A DNA stretch of 61,863 nucleotides from Paraspadella gotoi (lineage: Eukaryota; Animalia; Chaetognatha). Location: positions 4,335,019-4,396,881 of the forward strand of contig CM119267.1 of assembly GCA_051294375.1 (NCBI GenBank). Reading direction: 5' to 3'. Below the pieces are notes generated by a model. That model was not told the DNA's origin, did not search any database, and worked only from the letters and a program-made list of their open reading frames with translations. The position numbers and the translations under genes were made by a program. Within the stretch, counting starts at the first letter, position 1; each line of letters begins with the position of its first letter. Below are positions 1 through 13,867 of this stretch, one piece after another.

Positions 1-945
1 ACGTTCTCGCCAGATTCGCCGCTTGCGCCCAACAGGTGGCGATGGGACTATTCTGGTCGGTCGGTCAGTTCATATTCACCACAGAACATCGACGGTTTGG
101 TTAATTCGAGCGGAAGTCCTTAAACTATTTATGTATATGCTAATGATTTAAGCTATCGTTCTTTCTTTCTTTTTAAAAGATATTATACAGTTTAGACTGT
201 ATGTCTTTCCCACCCCCCCCTGTACCCCACCTCCCGCACAACGCAGGCGGGATTAGTTCCCATCATCGAACCCGAAATTATGACCTACGGAGATTACCCA
301 TTGTCTATGGCGCAGGCCGTCAACGAGAAGGTCTCGTCATAGTCGTTGTTGTTGTAATTTCAAGACAAATCATTAAGTATACTAAAAAATAAAACGGATA
401 AACATTCAAACAAAAAAATTTTAATAATAAATATCATTATTTAACTGTCTGTACCGTCAACAATCAAAAATGCGAAAAGTAAGTTTAATAACAAACCGAC
501 AAACGNNNNNNNNNNNNNNNNNNNNNNNNNNNNNNNNNNNNNNNNNNNNNNNNNNNNNNNNNNNNNNNNNNNNNNNNNNNNNNNNNNNNNNNNNNNNNNN
601 NNNNNNNNNNNNNNNNNNNNNNNNNNNNNNNNNNNNNNNNNNNNNNNNNNNNNNNNNNNNNNNNNNNNNNNNNNNNNNNNNNNNNNNNNNNNNNNNNNNN
701 NNNNNNNNNNNNNNNNNNNNNNNNNNNNNNNNNNNNNNNNNNNNNNNNNNNNNNNNNNNNNNNNNNNNNNNNNNNNNNNNNNNNNNNNNNNNNNNNNNNN
801 NNNNNNNNNNNNNNNNNNNNNNNNNNNNNNNNNNNNNNNNNNNNNNNNNNTTACCATGAAAATGAGACAGTGAGACAGAATGGAATCAATGCAGAGACGC
901 ATGATGGTATGAAGCCCTTCTTCTCATTGGTCAGTTCCGATGGTG
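1..945. repeat. Indel-divergent local duplication of parts of 7485-9325
   Basis: 1-~215 matches 7485-~7710 (ACGTTCTCGCCAGATTCGCCGCTT...). ~415-481 matches ~8357-8405 (TTAACTGTC.GTACCGTC.AACAATCAAAAATGCGAAAAGTA). ~856-945 matches ~9218-9325 (GTGAGACAGAATGGAATCAATGCA...ATGATGGTATGAAGCC). Differences are mostly 1-nt indels. Confidence 0.8.
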
Positions 946-3900
946 ATTCTATACAATGAAAATCCATCTCTGTTAAGTTGCATGCATTTGAACCATTGGG
1001 GAGGGTCTCGAGCTAGACGTTTGAGCGGCAAGCATTGTGATAATATTCATCGTTATATGTGAGGACTAAGGCCTCCACTAAAACACATTATCGCTTTAAA
1101 GCTCTCAGTCTAATCTTTAATAATCTCTTTTTTTCCTTCTTCGTGCTTCGTAAAAAGTTAATTAAAACTCATTGTTTATTGTAATACATTTGTTTTCAAT
1201 TTCTATTGCCTTAGAATTATAAAGAAATAGTCAAATATGTATCTAAAGGAAAATATTGCTAGTTTCCTGAAGATTGTCCAAGCGGTCTGACTACCGACCT
1301 CCAATCTCTTTTAAAAAATGGGTTTTTTTTGAACGAGTGCATCCCTCGTCTAAACCTACGATATTTGGTCCCACTTTTCTTTTTTATATTAAGTTTTCCA
1401 GTTTAATAGAAAAAAAAATCAATGCTAAACAAAACAGAACAATTCCCGGTTTACGTTTTCAACCACGTTTACGTCTTACGTATACCCAAATCAATGTATG
1501 AGATGGAAAATAGCTTATTTACAAAAATATGAAAGAAAGCGGAATTGCACTAACATACTTGCCATAATTTATTAATAATATATTGTCCTATGTGATGTAA
1601 AGTTCAGACCAATCTTTTGAATCCAAGATATTATTTTGTTTATTTATATATCTGGCGGACCCTGGAACTTGAATGGATAAGCATAAACAACTGATAGGGT
1701 GATACTTAACCGTTCATTTAAGAATTTTATGACTTGCCATAATTTTTTAAAATTATTTTTATATCATATATTAATTATCTCCGAGTAGGGCAACAGATCT
1801 CGAAACCGTTAAGAGACGATCCTGAAGAGACGGCGCCTCCGGAACAGAGAAAGAAAGGAGATTTACGGGAATTCTTCCGCATTTAAAGCGTGTGCTCCTG
1901 CCGCATGGCCTGGTCTCGTTAACCGGCACTGCCAAAAAGTCTCCCGGAATGATCGAGAAAAATGATATATACAGTATTACATAATCGATAGTTAAAACAC
2001 TTGCGTAAACATACTTTAACCCATTACCTAATCGGCGAAAGAAGTGACCCCTGTTCGTCTAGAAGAAGAGGGTTCTTCCTGCAACCATACTCCAGTAACG
2101 AACGGTGCCGTGCGAGGCACGTTCTCCCGTACAGGGAACGGGAAAGTACGGACGCTTTCGTAATCTTGTAACAAAAGTATGTTATCCGAGTAAGATTTAC
2201 ATTTTAACCTATTACGCTCCCCCGGAAAACAAATATTGTAATATCCACATTTTCTCCCTTTCACCATTTTCTTTTTCTCTCTCTCTCTCCACTTGATTGT
2301 GATAGCTCCTGCTCATGTTGACATATGATCTGACTCCCGCGGGGCACGCCTACGGTTAAGAGAGACAGAGAGAGAGGGACAGAGAGAGAGAGAGGCGGTT
2401 GGTCTCCGCTCTCTCTGTTTGTCTTGCGACAGTACAAAAAAGTTGACTGCGGATTCGCGAAATACTCGGAAGCAAACGCAGGTAGATATTCGCTCTCTCA
2501 CGCATATCTCTCATCATCCTCCAAATCAAAAAAAAAAAAAATACTCGTCAGATGAAGTATACCTCCTCTCGTCTCCTCTCCTCGTCGTCTCTCGATTTTC
2601 CTTACCGAATGATAACTGACTAGAAATTTTATAAAAACAAAAGTTATTAAGTCTCAGGTTTTTAGTGTAACGATGTTCGTTTCATTTATTCATTTTGATG
2701 GAGTAAAAGTTTTTTCTTCTTTTAGAGTTATTTGTTATTCGTTCGGTTGGTCACCAATACCAAAGAAAGCTAAGGCCTTCAGTCGGTGTAGAATGTAGAT
2801 TGTATGTACGCACGAAAAGCATGAAATGGAGCAGGGAGGGAAGGGAGAAGAGAAGATGATTATTAGATGGGGTAGACAAGTCGAAGATAAAGCTAAATAA
2901 ACAGATTAAATGCTCGCAGAAAACATCGAGAGCAATTATGAATAGTATTTTAACTGCACTCTTTCTTTAATGTTGCAGAGTCAATGAAAATAACTATCAA
3001 ACGAATAACGCAAATATCTAGGAAGAGAGAGAGACAGATAAGAGAGAGAGGAGAGAAGAGAGAGAGAGAGAGATTGTAAGGATGAGAGATGAGATGATCG
3101 AGAGAGAAGAAAGAGAGGTTACACACTCCGAAACGTTTGTTTAGTCACAAATCTGTTAACTAGTAATTCCTGACTGCAATCCCCGAATAAGATAGTTAAG
3201 TGCTAACGAGGTTCACAAAAGACAAATAGTAAAGAAAGCTTTCAAAAACACATCTCTTTAAAATTTCATCTTAAAAACGATTCACGAAAGACGTCGAAAG
3301 AGTTATTACAAAATTGAAAAGGATTACTGCCTTGTTTTAAAAATTTTTTTTCTAATTTTTCTCCAGGCTCAATACAGATCTATCTCATTTTTTATTCTTT
3401 TCTAACCGTAAGCTAAAACAATAGTAGCAAAAATAAAATAGCCGTTGATTTTCTTTTGGTTTCGTATGATTTTTTTTCTTCGTATTTCAGTCATGTACAC
3501 AATCTAGCAATATGAGTGGACCCACGATGACGTAGTTCTACATTTCGACACCATATATAAAAAAATTAAGCATTATCATAATCATTTGAATACGCAGTTT
3601 ATTAAAAAATACCGAAAAACAGGAAAACACAAAAGGAACCTGGGAAGGTCCGGGAAATCGACCGAAAGATGGCGGATGCAGACGCGGAGGGGGGTGGAAG
3701 CGGAGTCAATGCTGCGGGAGAGACGCACGAGGGAGAGTCAGTGAATATATGGGGGTCCACCGGGGATGACCGGAGTCTGTCTGTCGCCTTGCTCTTGGAC
3801 TTCTTCCGAAGTAAATCAAGAGTGACGAGGTGGAAGGGAAGATTGTATGCAAACTTTATATGGCATAAAGTTACTTTAGTAGCGTCCGTCTGTATTGTCC

Positions 3901-6900
3901 GTATTCCGGTTCGGCGTAGTGCCCAAGGCTTTGTCGAAGCTCACACACATAATAGTACTTATAATTCACAAACTTTTTTTCTATGGAACTCACTTATGCG
4001 CGCGTTCATTTAATTCATTTCCTCTTAAATTCCCTCTTGAAATAACTGGAATCGCCACGTTCTCACCCCATTCCTCTCCAATTTTATAATTCCCTACCGA
4101 TAGAGACTTAGCAAGTGGCTGGATCAATCTTCGATTCACGAACTGTCTCCTCGATCAATTATTTCTTTTACCATATATTTCCTTGAAGCCCGGGTGGGAG
4201 AGCTTCCCTCCGTTGCCAATGCGGAAGAACAAAATATTAAGGGCCCGATGACATCTGCGTCCCCACATAGCAGTAAGAATAGGAAATTAGGTGCTAGACG
4301 AAATCGCGGCGGCCCTGTTTATAGCCTGGACGAGGGATTCTCGCCCGCAGATATCAAATTCTTACCCAGCCGGGTAGGTGGATGACTTGAGAGGCGACTG
4401 AAATGTTGACTACCCGTCACTCTTGTGTCTGTGGCGAGAGGAGCTCCTAAAATATGTTCACCACCCTCACCGAGTACCCGAGTACGGGATAGGAATCCAG
4501 TGAGCATAGAAACCCGACTTCTTAGAGCCTATCTCTCATCGTTAGACTATGATTGATTTTCGAATTCTTAGGAAAATTTGGAAGATTACCAGTTAATGGA
4601 CGAGAGCTGAAGCTTAAAGTGTTTATCTAACGCTCTTCTCATTATATATATTATTATTATATTATTAATTTATTTGATTATTATTATGATTAATTAATAA
4701 TTATTATTCAGACATTCATAATTATTTATTTATTTATTATTAAATTTACTTATTAAAATATAATACATTAAGGAAAATATATGATGAACGCATATAATTT
4801 TTTTATTTTTGAGCGTTGGAAACCATCAATTCTATCATTGAAAACTAAATTGAATATTATGAAGATGAACCGATGTAAATTTATAAATGTGTACGAGTAA
4901 CCAGACTCCAGCCGCACGATTGAGGCAAGCGATTAAAAAACAGAAGATGGTACTGAATCAAACGACGAAGAAGAGGTTTAAATACGGCAAAATGTTCAAC
5001 TTTCCATTATCCGTCCGTTTTTTCTCGATTTTCCTAATACACAACTTACGGAAGAGAACGCTTTCAAAAAAGTTTTCAAATCACAAATCGAGCCGGGCAC
5101 AAACATCGTGCGTCTTGTCACGGAACGCTCTATCAGAAAAGACGACGACGGCGTTCCCGCTCCGATTTCAAATGCACCGATTAAAGGGATAATGGTGGGG
5201 GGGGGGGAAATTTAGTACCAATGATAATAATAAGATTAATTTAAAGATAATAAGTGAATAAACTTGGAAGGATGTGTTTCTTGAACGAAATATTTGTTCG
5301 GAGGAATTAAGCACTATCCGAATAATTAGTAAATAAAGGAACATAGGAGGAATGAATTAAACGATTATGGCAGCCGCAGTTTACTTAACAGTCATAATGG
5401 GCGATCTCGGATCGCCCGTTGTTGCAGTCTTCGAATATATAAATTATTAGTTTAAAAAAAAAAGAAAATCAAAGATCAATCTAATGAATATTACAGAACC
5501 GGACGACTTAAAAATAGATATACTAGTATTATAAATCTAAAAAACATATATCACCGGTGACTCATAAAATACTAAAATTGAAATGCCCGATAATCAACAC
5601 CAAAAAACCCCACGAAAAGGGAAGCATCACCAGTTTGGATATCCCGACCGGAAACGTTGACGACGAAGCCCGTCTTCCAGGCGTCTCGTCTCCGGGCGTC
5701 GTCGTCCGTCGGCGTACGACGGCGCCGACGTCGCCACGATCGTCCTCGTCGGGCGTCCCGCCGGCGTCCGCTCTCAATCGCTGCGCCCCCCATCTACCCT
5801 CCATTCCCTGTCGGACGACGCTTACTCCAGAGGGAGCGCGTCGTGCGTTGTGAGATCTCAGGCCCTGACAAGGGAGTCCGGTTTGGAATTTCGGTTTTTA
5901 TCGGAAAGTGATTGCGATTGAGTTTGGGCCCCTTTTTTTTCCCTAAAAATATTCCCGCCCCCGAAATAGTTAGTGGATTTTTGATCTCTAGATCATGATA
6001 TTTTTATATATTGAGTGAGACAATGAGATGTTCGGAGAATGCAAGTCTCAGGCAATTTTCTTAGGTATAACACTAGGAAGGGAGATCGTAATTCGTATTA
6101 TGGAACTCTGATTCATTTCCCGTTATCAGGATGCTGTGTCTATGCAGATGTGTCTGGAGGAGCGAGGAAGGAGGCTGTATAAGGTGGACACTATATGTGT
6201 AGTATTCTTGTTTCTGGTTATTTTATTTATTGGGTTCGTATTCGCCTCTCTCGGGTTTTTCCGTTTTTTTTTATTTTTGATTGATTGATTTCTTACTTTG
6301 GAACATCCTTATAGGTTGAAGGAGTGATTCATTTATTTTATCTATTAATTTATTTATTTTATTAACAAGTTAATAAAATTTATTTGACGGTCTTTTTTTC
6401 AACTCGATCCATAGATGGACTCCTCAGTCCTCTACCTAAGGATCTTCTCGACATGAGACTCGTAAGCGGAGAATCGGAGTCGCGACTTGTTGTCATTCGT
6501 AAGACAGGTTTTTGTATTATGGAAAACAAGTACTGATTTATTAGATTGAAACTGACATAATCCAGTGTTAGGCGTATTAGAATGATTCGGGACAGATTTC
6601 ACCGGCATGGTGAGAGGGAAGAGGAGAGGGACCTTCGCGGAACCTGGAGAAGAGAGAGAGAGAGAGGAGAGAGGAATAGAAGATGAATAGTAGGGCAGTG
6701 AAGAGAGAGACGCAAGACAGGAGCAACCGGAAGAGAGGGTAGAAAGAGAGAGAGAAGAGAAAAGAGTTACAATGAACAGATGATAGACCGATTCGGCAGC
6801 AGACTACAGACTGCAGACTAACTACCAAAGTAACTTATAGCGAGTTGCTCCGTGTACGTTATCCGTGGTAACAATAGGATTTATTCTGAGTTTTAGATTT

Positions 6901-7376
6901 GATTTTGACGTACGTTCGACAATATCCTTTGGTTCCAATAAAAGCCTGTGTATTCCAAGAAAAAACCCGCATTGACCACCCTATTTAAAAACCAACCCCC
7001 ATCTCCCTCGTGGTCAATAATTAGTCCAACGCATACTGTGGCGACGTTCTCACCATTTAACTCTTGAGGCCCCGCCCTCGATGGAGGGCTTGAGGCTCCA
7101 ACGCGTCCGAGTGCCTGTCGCCGCAGGACGCAGAGGTCGTGCTTCAGCAGCGCACCCCCTAGGGCGGGGCGTGGGTGGAGCAAATAGAATTGGCCGCTCG
7201 TTGAATCATTCCGACGCTATTGATGGCGATTCCAGCGGATGTTGTGGACGGAAAGTTCCATGTTTATTTTTTTTTTAATCGACGGTCAGGTCGTCTATTG
7301 TGTGTTTTATTTGCTGTGGGTGTTTTTGGACAGTATTCTCCTCCTCTCTCTCTCTCTCTGCTCTGCTCTCTCTCTG

Positions 7377-7413
<37 letters not shown>

Positions 7414-8787
7414 ACACCGATGATCTTTCACCCATTGACTCAAGTCGAACGACTCCATCTCACTTCGCGATGATGGAGAACGCGAACGTTCTCGCCAGAT
7501 TCGCCGCTTCGCGCCCAACAGGTGGCGATGGACTAATTCTGGGTCGGTCGTCAGTTCATATTCACCACAGAACATTCGACGGTTTTGGCTAATTCGAGTC
7601 GGAAGTCCCTTAAACTATTATGTATAGGCTAATGAATCTTAAGCTTATCGTTCTTTCTTTCTTTTTAAAAGATATTATACAGTTTAGATGTATGTCCTTT
7701 TCCCACCCCCGAACTCCTGCTCACGTGCGAGTTCAAGTCGGGCGACGGCCGTTCTACCGGCTTGTGGCCCGATGGAAAAATCCCCGGAAGAGGCACCGAT
7801 AGAATCTGCAGTGGGACGAACATTGGCTAGAAGCGCGTCATGTCCAGTCGAAGGCGAGAAGCCCGCAGAACCTCTATATGACTCTAGGTTTCAGGATCCC
7901 ACCATTACAAGGGAGAGGAAATCCGCTTTCGACAGTCCTGGCTAGTCAGGATCTTTATGGCGCGAGAGGGGCATGGGCGGTCACAGAGAGCACGATTCCT
8001 CCGTCATAAGAACTGTTGAAGTCGTAGATGTCTGTTGTATCCTATAAGTATTCAAACTGTGAAAACAAAACTAAAGTGAATAAGGATCTCGTCCCCTGTA
8101 ATTAAGTTAAGGGCCGCAGAACTCCCCAAGACTGTTTGGTCGGCTCGGTATCTACGCATTTGGCTAAAAAATAAAAACGGATACCAACAATGTAAATTTT
8201 TGGGGGTTATAAGATCTCAGATTAAGCGCAATCGATAAGAACACAGCTACTCAAAATAACAAGGAAATAATGACCAAATTCCGAACCATCGTCCTATAAA
8301 TTCATTTAATTAAGTACGGGCGTCGGAATAGGTAATGACCGAGAGATCTAATATGGATCATTATTTAACTGTCGTACCGTCCAACAATCAAAAATGCGAA
8401 AAGTATCAGTAGCCTTGGTATTCTGTTAATTTTCGCTTCCGGGTCGGCTCTTTAAGCCAAAGTTCGTCTGACTCCCATCGCACTCTCGAAAGTGACAGAT
8501 GATCAGAAAAAAACGATATCTAAATCCAAATACAGATTTCTCTGCCAGGTGCTGGCCCACGTGTTCACGAGGGACGAATATGGAACTTCGGCATCTTCGT
8601 TTTTTTCATGTCCGAAGATAATGACTAACCGGCGGTGGGGGCACCGGACGAGGCCATGGAGGAAAGGCATGGGGAAGGGACGGCATGGAAGGCCGACGGC
8701 CATGGGAGGGCAGGAAGGCATGGAGGTCTGACGGGGATGCTGAGGGATGGACGGCATGGGAGGGACGGAAAGGACCAATAAAGAGCA

Positions 8788-9140
8788 ACATTAGTTTTGG
8801 GCGACTCATTGATTCAGGTATCAACGCCACAGGCATGGTGCTTGCGCTGAGCCGGCGCCGATGGCCAGCTTTAACTTTTACGCCCATACGAAGTAGCGGG
8901 CGCCACTTCCCATTCCTGTGGGGAAAAAACAAGTCCACCAGTTCCCAAGCAGTCTGAAGTGGCCCACTTCAAGAAGCATCAAAAAAGTCAAAAAGGGTCC
9001 GGCGTCAACCTGCACAGGCACCGGTCTGAGCATTCGCGGTATTCTCAATTATATAGTATTTGGCAACGTCGACCGGCCGTATATGGAAACCCTGTTCCAC
9101 GCCCAACCCGTAGGTAAATCAGCGGACGGGATTCCTGAGG
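8788..9140 (+). pseudogene. Frameshifted SGNH/GDSL esterase-like remnant, possibly ORF1 of a CR1/L2-type LINE
   Basis: Allowing single-base indels, the four SGNH blocks appear in order: TLVLGDSLI-SGINATGM (GDS at 8800-8808), VLALS-GA (~8840-8860), a G-x-N-like stretch (~8915-8932) and SADGI-P (DG at 9125-9130). No intact ORF; the region is noisy. Confidence 0.35.
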
Positions 9141-12100
9141 TATCCAACCCATAGATTGCGAGAATCCCTCTCCTAAAAATTTCATCTTATTATTATTTCA
9201 TTTATATATTTACCTTCCATGAAAGATGCCACATGTGAGACAGAATGGAATCAATGCAAGCACGCACATGATGGTATGAAGCCTCTTCCTTTCCTCGCTC
9301 ATTGGTCAGTTTTCCGATGGGTGGATTCATCGCCAATCACCGAGTCCTTGTGTTACTTTCAACCGTGCCGAGTTCACTGGGATCGCGATCGATTCCGATT
9401 TTGAAATCCGATCTGATTTCCGATTTCCTCCCATATCTTTGATGATACATATTAGAGAGTAATCTAGCTAAGTTAGTTTTAAGCAATCAAAAGTCATACA
9501 GTGTAAATTTATGGATAAAATTGCAATTTCTATTATTGAACTTTTATTTATTGTCATTATCTTTTGGTTGCCACATCAATGTGTTCTTGGAAGGGATTTN
9601 NNNNNNNNNNNNNNNNNNNNNNNNTTTCCATATTTTCCATCCTAAATCCCCACTTCCCTTAATCTTTCGATCCCCTTATCTCCTTAACCGACGCAGGGAT
9701 CGCTTTTCTCTCCGGCGGACAATCGGAAGAGGACGCTTCCACGCATCTCGACGCCATCAACAAATTTCCCGGGAAAAAACCCTGGATGTTGACCTTTTGT
9801 TTCGGGAGGGCGATGCAGGTGACGTGCGGCGGAAAAAAAATATAAACAAACAAACAAACAAACAAATTGCGTCTTCTTTCTAAAAATTGGTAAATTATTG
9901 AATGATCGACTTGGTAATATCTTTACAAAATAACCATTTAATGTAATAATTTGATTGAGTTTTCTGTTAACAACTCGATGACTCTTGTAGGACTCGGCGT
10001 TGGAGGCCTGGGAGGGAGACGAAGAGAACGCGGCCGCCGCCAAATCGGAATTTACGAAGAGGTCTCGAGCCAACGGACTGGCCTGCATCGGGAAATACAA
10101 GGTGACCCTTTGAGCCCGCCGATCAGTGTTGTTTATTAGACATTATTAGACGTTTTTAGACAAATCAATCAATGTTTTAATTTCTATTTTTAAATCAGGG
10201 AGAGTTGGAGGGAGCGACGGAAGGGAAAACTCTGACGGCCATGGAACAGATTTACTGAAGATAGGACAATCACCAATATCTTGGAGGAATCATTTTATTT
10301 GCTATTTTTTTTTAAATAAGACAAATCTTATTCCAACTAAAAAATTCGCTGAAAATATAAATTGATAATTCTAGCAACTTGTCTTTTGTTATCTCGCCGC
10401 GTCAAAGGTCTAAGATTTTTTTTAGCGTCCTCTACTGCGCCTTTCGCAAAAACAAAAATATACCTGCTTTTTTAGAAAAACAAATAGACAACCTATTCGC
10501 ACTAGTTAGACTTAGAGCTTCTAATTCTATGCTACATTATGTAGTTTTAATTCAATTCGTCCCAATGCTTGTAATTCTTCCCTCAGTGTTTTTCTTTCTT
10601 CGAATAAAATATTACTTATAGGAAATACAAAGAGTAACTAAAAAAGTTAGCCATTTTAAACGATAAACCTCNNNNNNNNNNNNNNNNNNNNNNNNNNNNN
10701 NNNNNNNNNNNNAAACTCTCATTCGGTGCAATTAAACAGTCGCGTGCGAAACGAGCCTCAGCAGCCGCGTCCGCCGCCGCGCTCGCCGCCGCGTGTACGC
10801 AATCTCCGGCATCTTCTCGCCAGCTGCGTGCGCAGCCAGCCCGCCCGCCGGGCGTCTTCGACCGCAGGTGCCCGCAGCCCGCAGCAGCAGTCGCGCGCCG
10901 CCGTTCGCGAGGAGAGAGAGAGAGAGAGNNNNNNNNNNNNNNNNNNNNNNNNNNNNCCCGCAGCAGCAGTCGCGCGCCGCCTTTCGCGAGGAGAGAGAGA
11001 GAGAGCGAGCGAGCGAGCGAGAGAGGAATCAAAAATTTTTTGCGAGACTTTAATTAAAATTCGGATTTAAAATTTGATATGAGCTTCGGTTTGGCAAAAT
11101 ATGAGGTCGATGCTTTTCGATTCTCGATGAAGTCGAACCTGATAAAATTTCAATTTTTTCAATTATACATTCAGAGGGANNNNNNNNNNNNNNNNNNNNN
11201 NNNNNNNNNNNNNNNNNNNNNNNNNNNNNNNNNNNNNNNNNNNNNNNNNNNNNNNNNNNNNNNNNNNNNNNNNNNNNNNNNNNNNNNNNNNNNNNNNNNN
11301 NNNNNNNNNNNNNNNNNNNNNNNNNNNNNNNNNNNNNNNNNNNNNNNNNNNNNNNNNNNNNNNNNNNNNNNNNNNNNNNNNNNNNNNNNNNNNNNNNNNN
11401 NNNNNNNNNNNNNNNNNNNNNNNNNNNNNNNNNNNNNNNNNNNNNNNNNNNNNNNNNNNNNNNNNNNNNNNNNNNNNNNNNNNNNNNNNNNNNNNNNNNN
11501 NNNNNNNNNNNNNAAGCGTGAGAAAGAGTAGGGAACCTCTAATGATTTGACGGGGTTTTGGGAAAACATGTAACTTTTTAACAAAGTTCTTTTTCAGTCG
11601 GGAAGGAAAAATAGAAGGGATCGCAGAATGCTGCATGAAAGGAACTGATGAGGATTAAGAATGGAAAGAGTATTAAGCTCGACTGTCTACTTAACCCGGG
11701 GAACACGAAAGAGAGAGAGAGAGCAGAAGAGAGAGAGAGGAGATGATGAGAGATCGAGAGTGACGTCACTGAGAATCGAGAGAGAGAGAATTTGACCTAA
11801 GAAAGAAAAGGGAAGAACGACGGGCCGAAAATCAAGAAAGGCTTTTTGATTAAACATGCTTTTAAATGAGAAGAATAGCAAGGGGAAGAATTTAAAAGAA
11901 CAGCACAAGTGTAAATTTCAAAGAAGAATAGCATGTGTGGAAATGAAAAGATCAGCAAGGGTGCAGTGAGAGAGAAGAATAGCAGGAGCGGAATTTGAAA
12001 GAATAGCAGTGGTGGAAATGGAAAAGAAAAATAGCAGGAATGGAATTTCAGGTGAGAAGCAGAAAATGGGACCGAAAACTGTTCATTTGGTGAATAAAAA

Positions 12101-12619
12101 CAACGAAAATTGGGGACTTAAACTGGGGACTCGAAAAATGGGGACTGGGGACTGGGACTGGGGACTCGAAAATTGGAGATCGAAAAAAGTGGGGACGCGG
12201 AGTGAGAATCGAGAGGCTGAAGGTCGCGGGATTCTGCAATAACGCATTCATGAAGGAAATTTGGCGAATTGCAACGAGGAGATGGGGGGGGGGAAGTAAA
12301 AGTTCGGGGAGCGGGATGAGGACGAGGGGGTGAGTTAAGTAAGGATTTTAGAGAAATATTTAGTAGTTGAATTAAAGGTATTGTTAGTGGGGAGAGGGTA
12401 AGTGGAGAGAATTGAAGATCGTCAGAATCATTATTCCTCACCCATAACGAAATCTTTAAACTTAAAAAGTAACTTAATTGATGTTAAATTTAAACTGAAA
12501 CGTGGCGCTTTTAGAAAATAAAGCCAAATGAATTCACGATCTGTAATAGTAAGTACTTCCTCATCCGACAGCGCGCGAAACGTGAGACGAGAAGAATGAT
12601 TCTGAGGAAACGAATGGAA

Positions 12620-12905
12620 AAGAATGAAGCAAAGAAGGAAGAGCAAAAAAAATGAAGCAAAGAAGGAAGAGAAAAAAGAATGAGGAAAGAAGGAAGAGCA
12701 AAAAGAATGAAGCAAAGAAGGAAGAGCAAAAAGAACGAAGCAAAGAAGGAAGAGCAAAAAGAATGAAGCAAAGAAGGAAGAGCAAAAAGAATGAAGCAAA
12801 GAAGGAAGAGCAAAAAGAATGAAGCAAAGAAGGAAGAGCAAAAGGAATGAAGCAAAGAAGAAAGAGCAAAAAGAATGAAACAAAGAAGGAAGAGCAAAAA
12901 GAATG
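12620..12905. repeat. 28-bp minisatellite (AGCAAAAAGAATGAAGCAAAGAAGGAAG)n, ~10 copies
   Basis: Tandem units are directly visible, e.g. starting at 12781 and 12809. Explains the F/L/S-rich minus-strand ORFs here. Confidence 0.9.
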
Positions 12906-13199
12906 ATGTGGAAATCCAAATGGAAAAGAATGATGTGGAAAATGAAACGCGAAAATAGACAATCCAGAGAATTTTGAATGGAAGAGGTGAAGGTACGGAA
13001 GATGACTCTCTCTCTCTCTCTCTGACTCTCTCTTTCTCTGCCTCTCTCACTCACTCTCTCGCTCTCGCTCTCGCAATCAACTCATCTCTCATAACCTGGA
13101 GGCGTAAATCTTTTGGAATTTGACAGAATTTTCGCGACGCAAGCGAAACGAAAGAAATAAATTCTCGTATTGAGTCTCTTTTTGCCGGAACCCGAAACA

Positions 13200-13236
<37 letters not shown>

Positions 13237-13867
13237 ATATTGAATTTTTAAAAATGGGAAGAGATAGAAACAGAGCACGGAAGCAAAAAGAGTCTGAGAA
13301 GGCATACCTGAGCGAGCACGACGGAGAGAGAGAGCAGAGAGAGAGAGAGAACGAGAGAGAGAAGAAGGACGAGAGAAGGAGAGNNNNNNNNNNNNNNNNN
13401 NNNNNNNNNNNNNNNNNNNNNNNNNNNNNNNNNNNNNNNNNNNNNNNNNNNNNNNNNNNNNNNNNNNNNNTCTCTTTCTCCTTTTATGTCTTTCATTCTA
13501 AGAAACGATACGTTTTTCTCTCTTTCGATTCAGACGTCAAGGTCGAATGAATCAACATTCAACAATGAATCTATTTTTCTTAGGATGCATTCTTGTCTTG
13601 AACGTCATTTTTATTACATTATACACACATTTTTGTATTGAAAGTTTCAATGATAATAGCAACAAAAAAAAAAAGATTCAAACCAAACAATTATATATTT
13701 TATTCTGTTTTGCAATAGATGCCGACAAGTTTTTGTTAAACGTGATACTTTTTAGTCGGGTAACCGCTGCCGCTCATTCTGCAACAACCACAGCGCCATC
13801 TCTCGGTCGACCCGCTCAATCGCTTCGCCGATTTCGGTGCTTTTTTTGTTTTGTTCTCTAAAGATGT

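Noticed and set aside
10870-11010. Direct repeat GCAGCAGCAGTCGCGCGCCGCC..TTCGCGAGGAGAGAG
   Set aside because: The two copies flank a short N-gap; most likely unmerged overlapping contig ends.
12431-13054. Hydrophobic 'membrane protein'-like ORFs here and at 17010-17990, 24461-25344 and 48812-49690
   Set aside because: Translations of purine/pyrimidine-skewed minisatellites and microsatellites.
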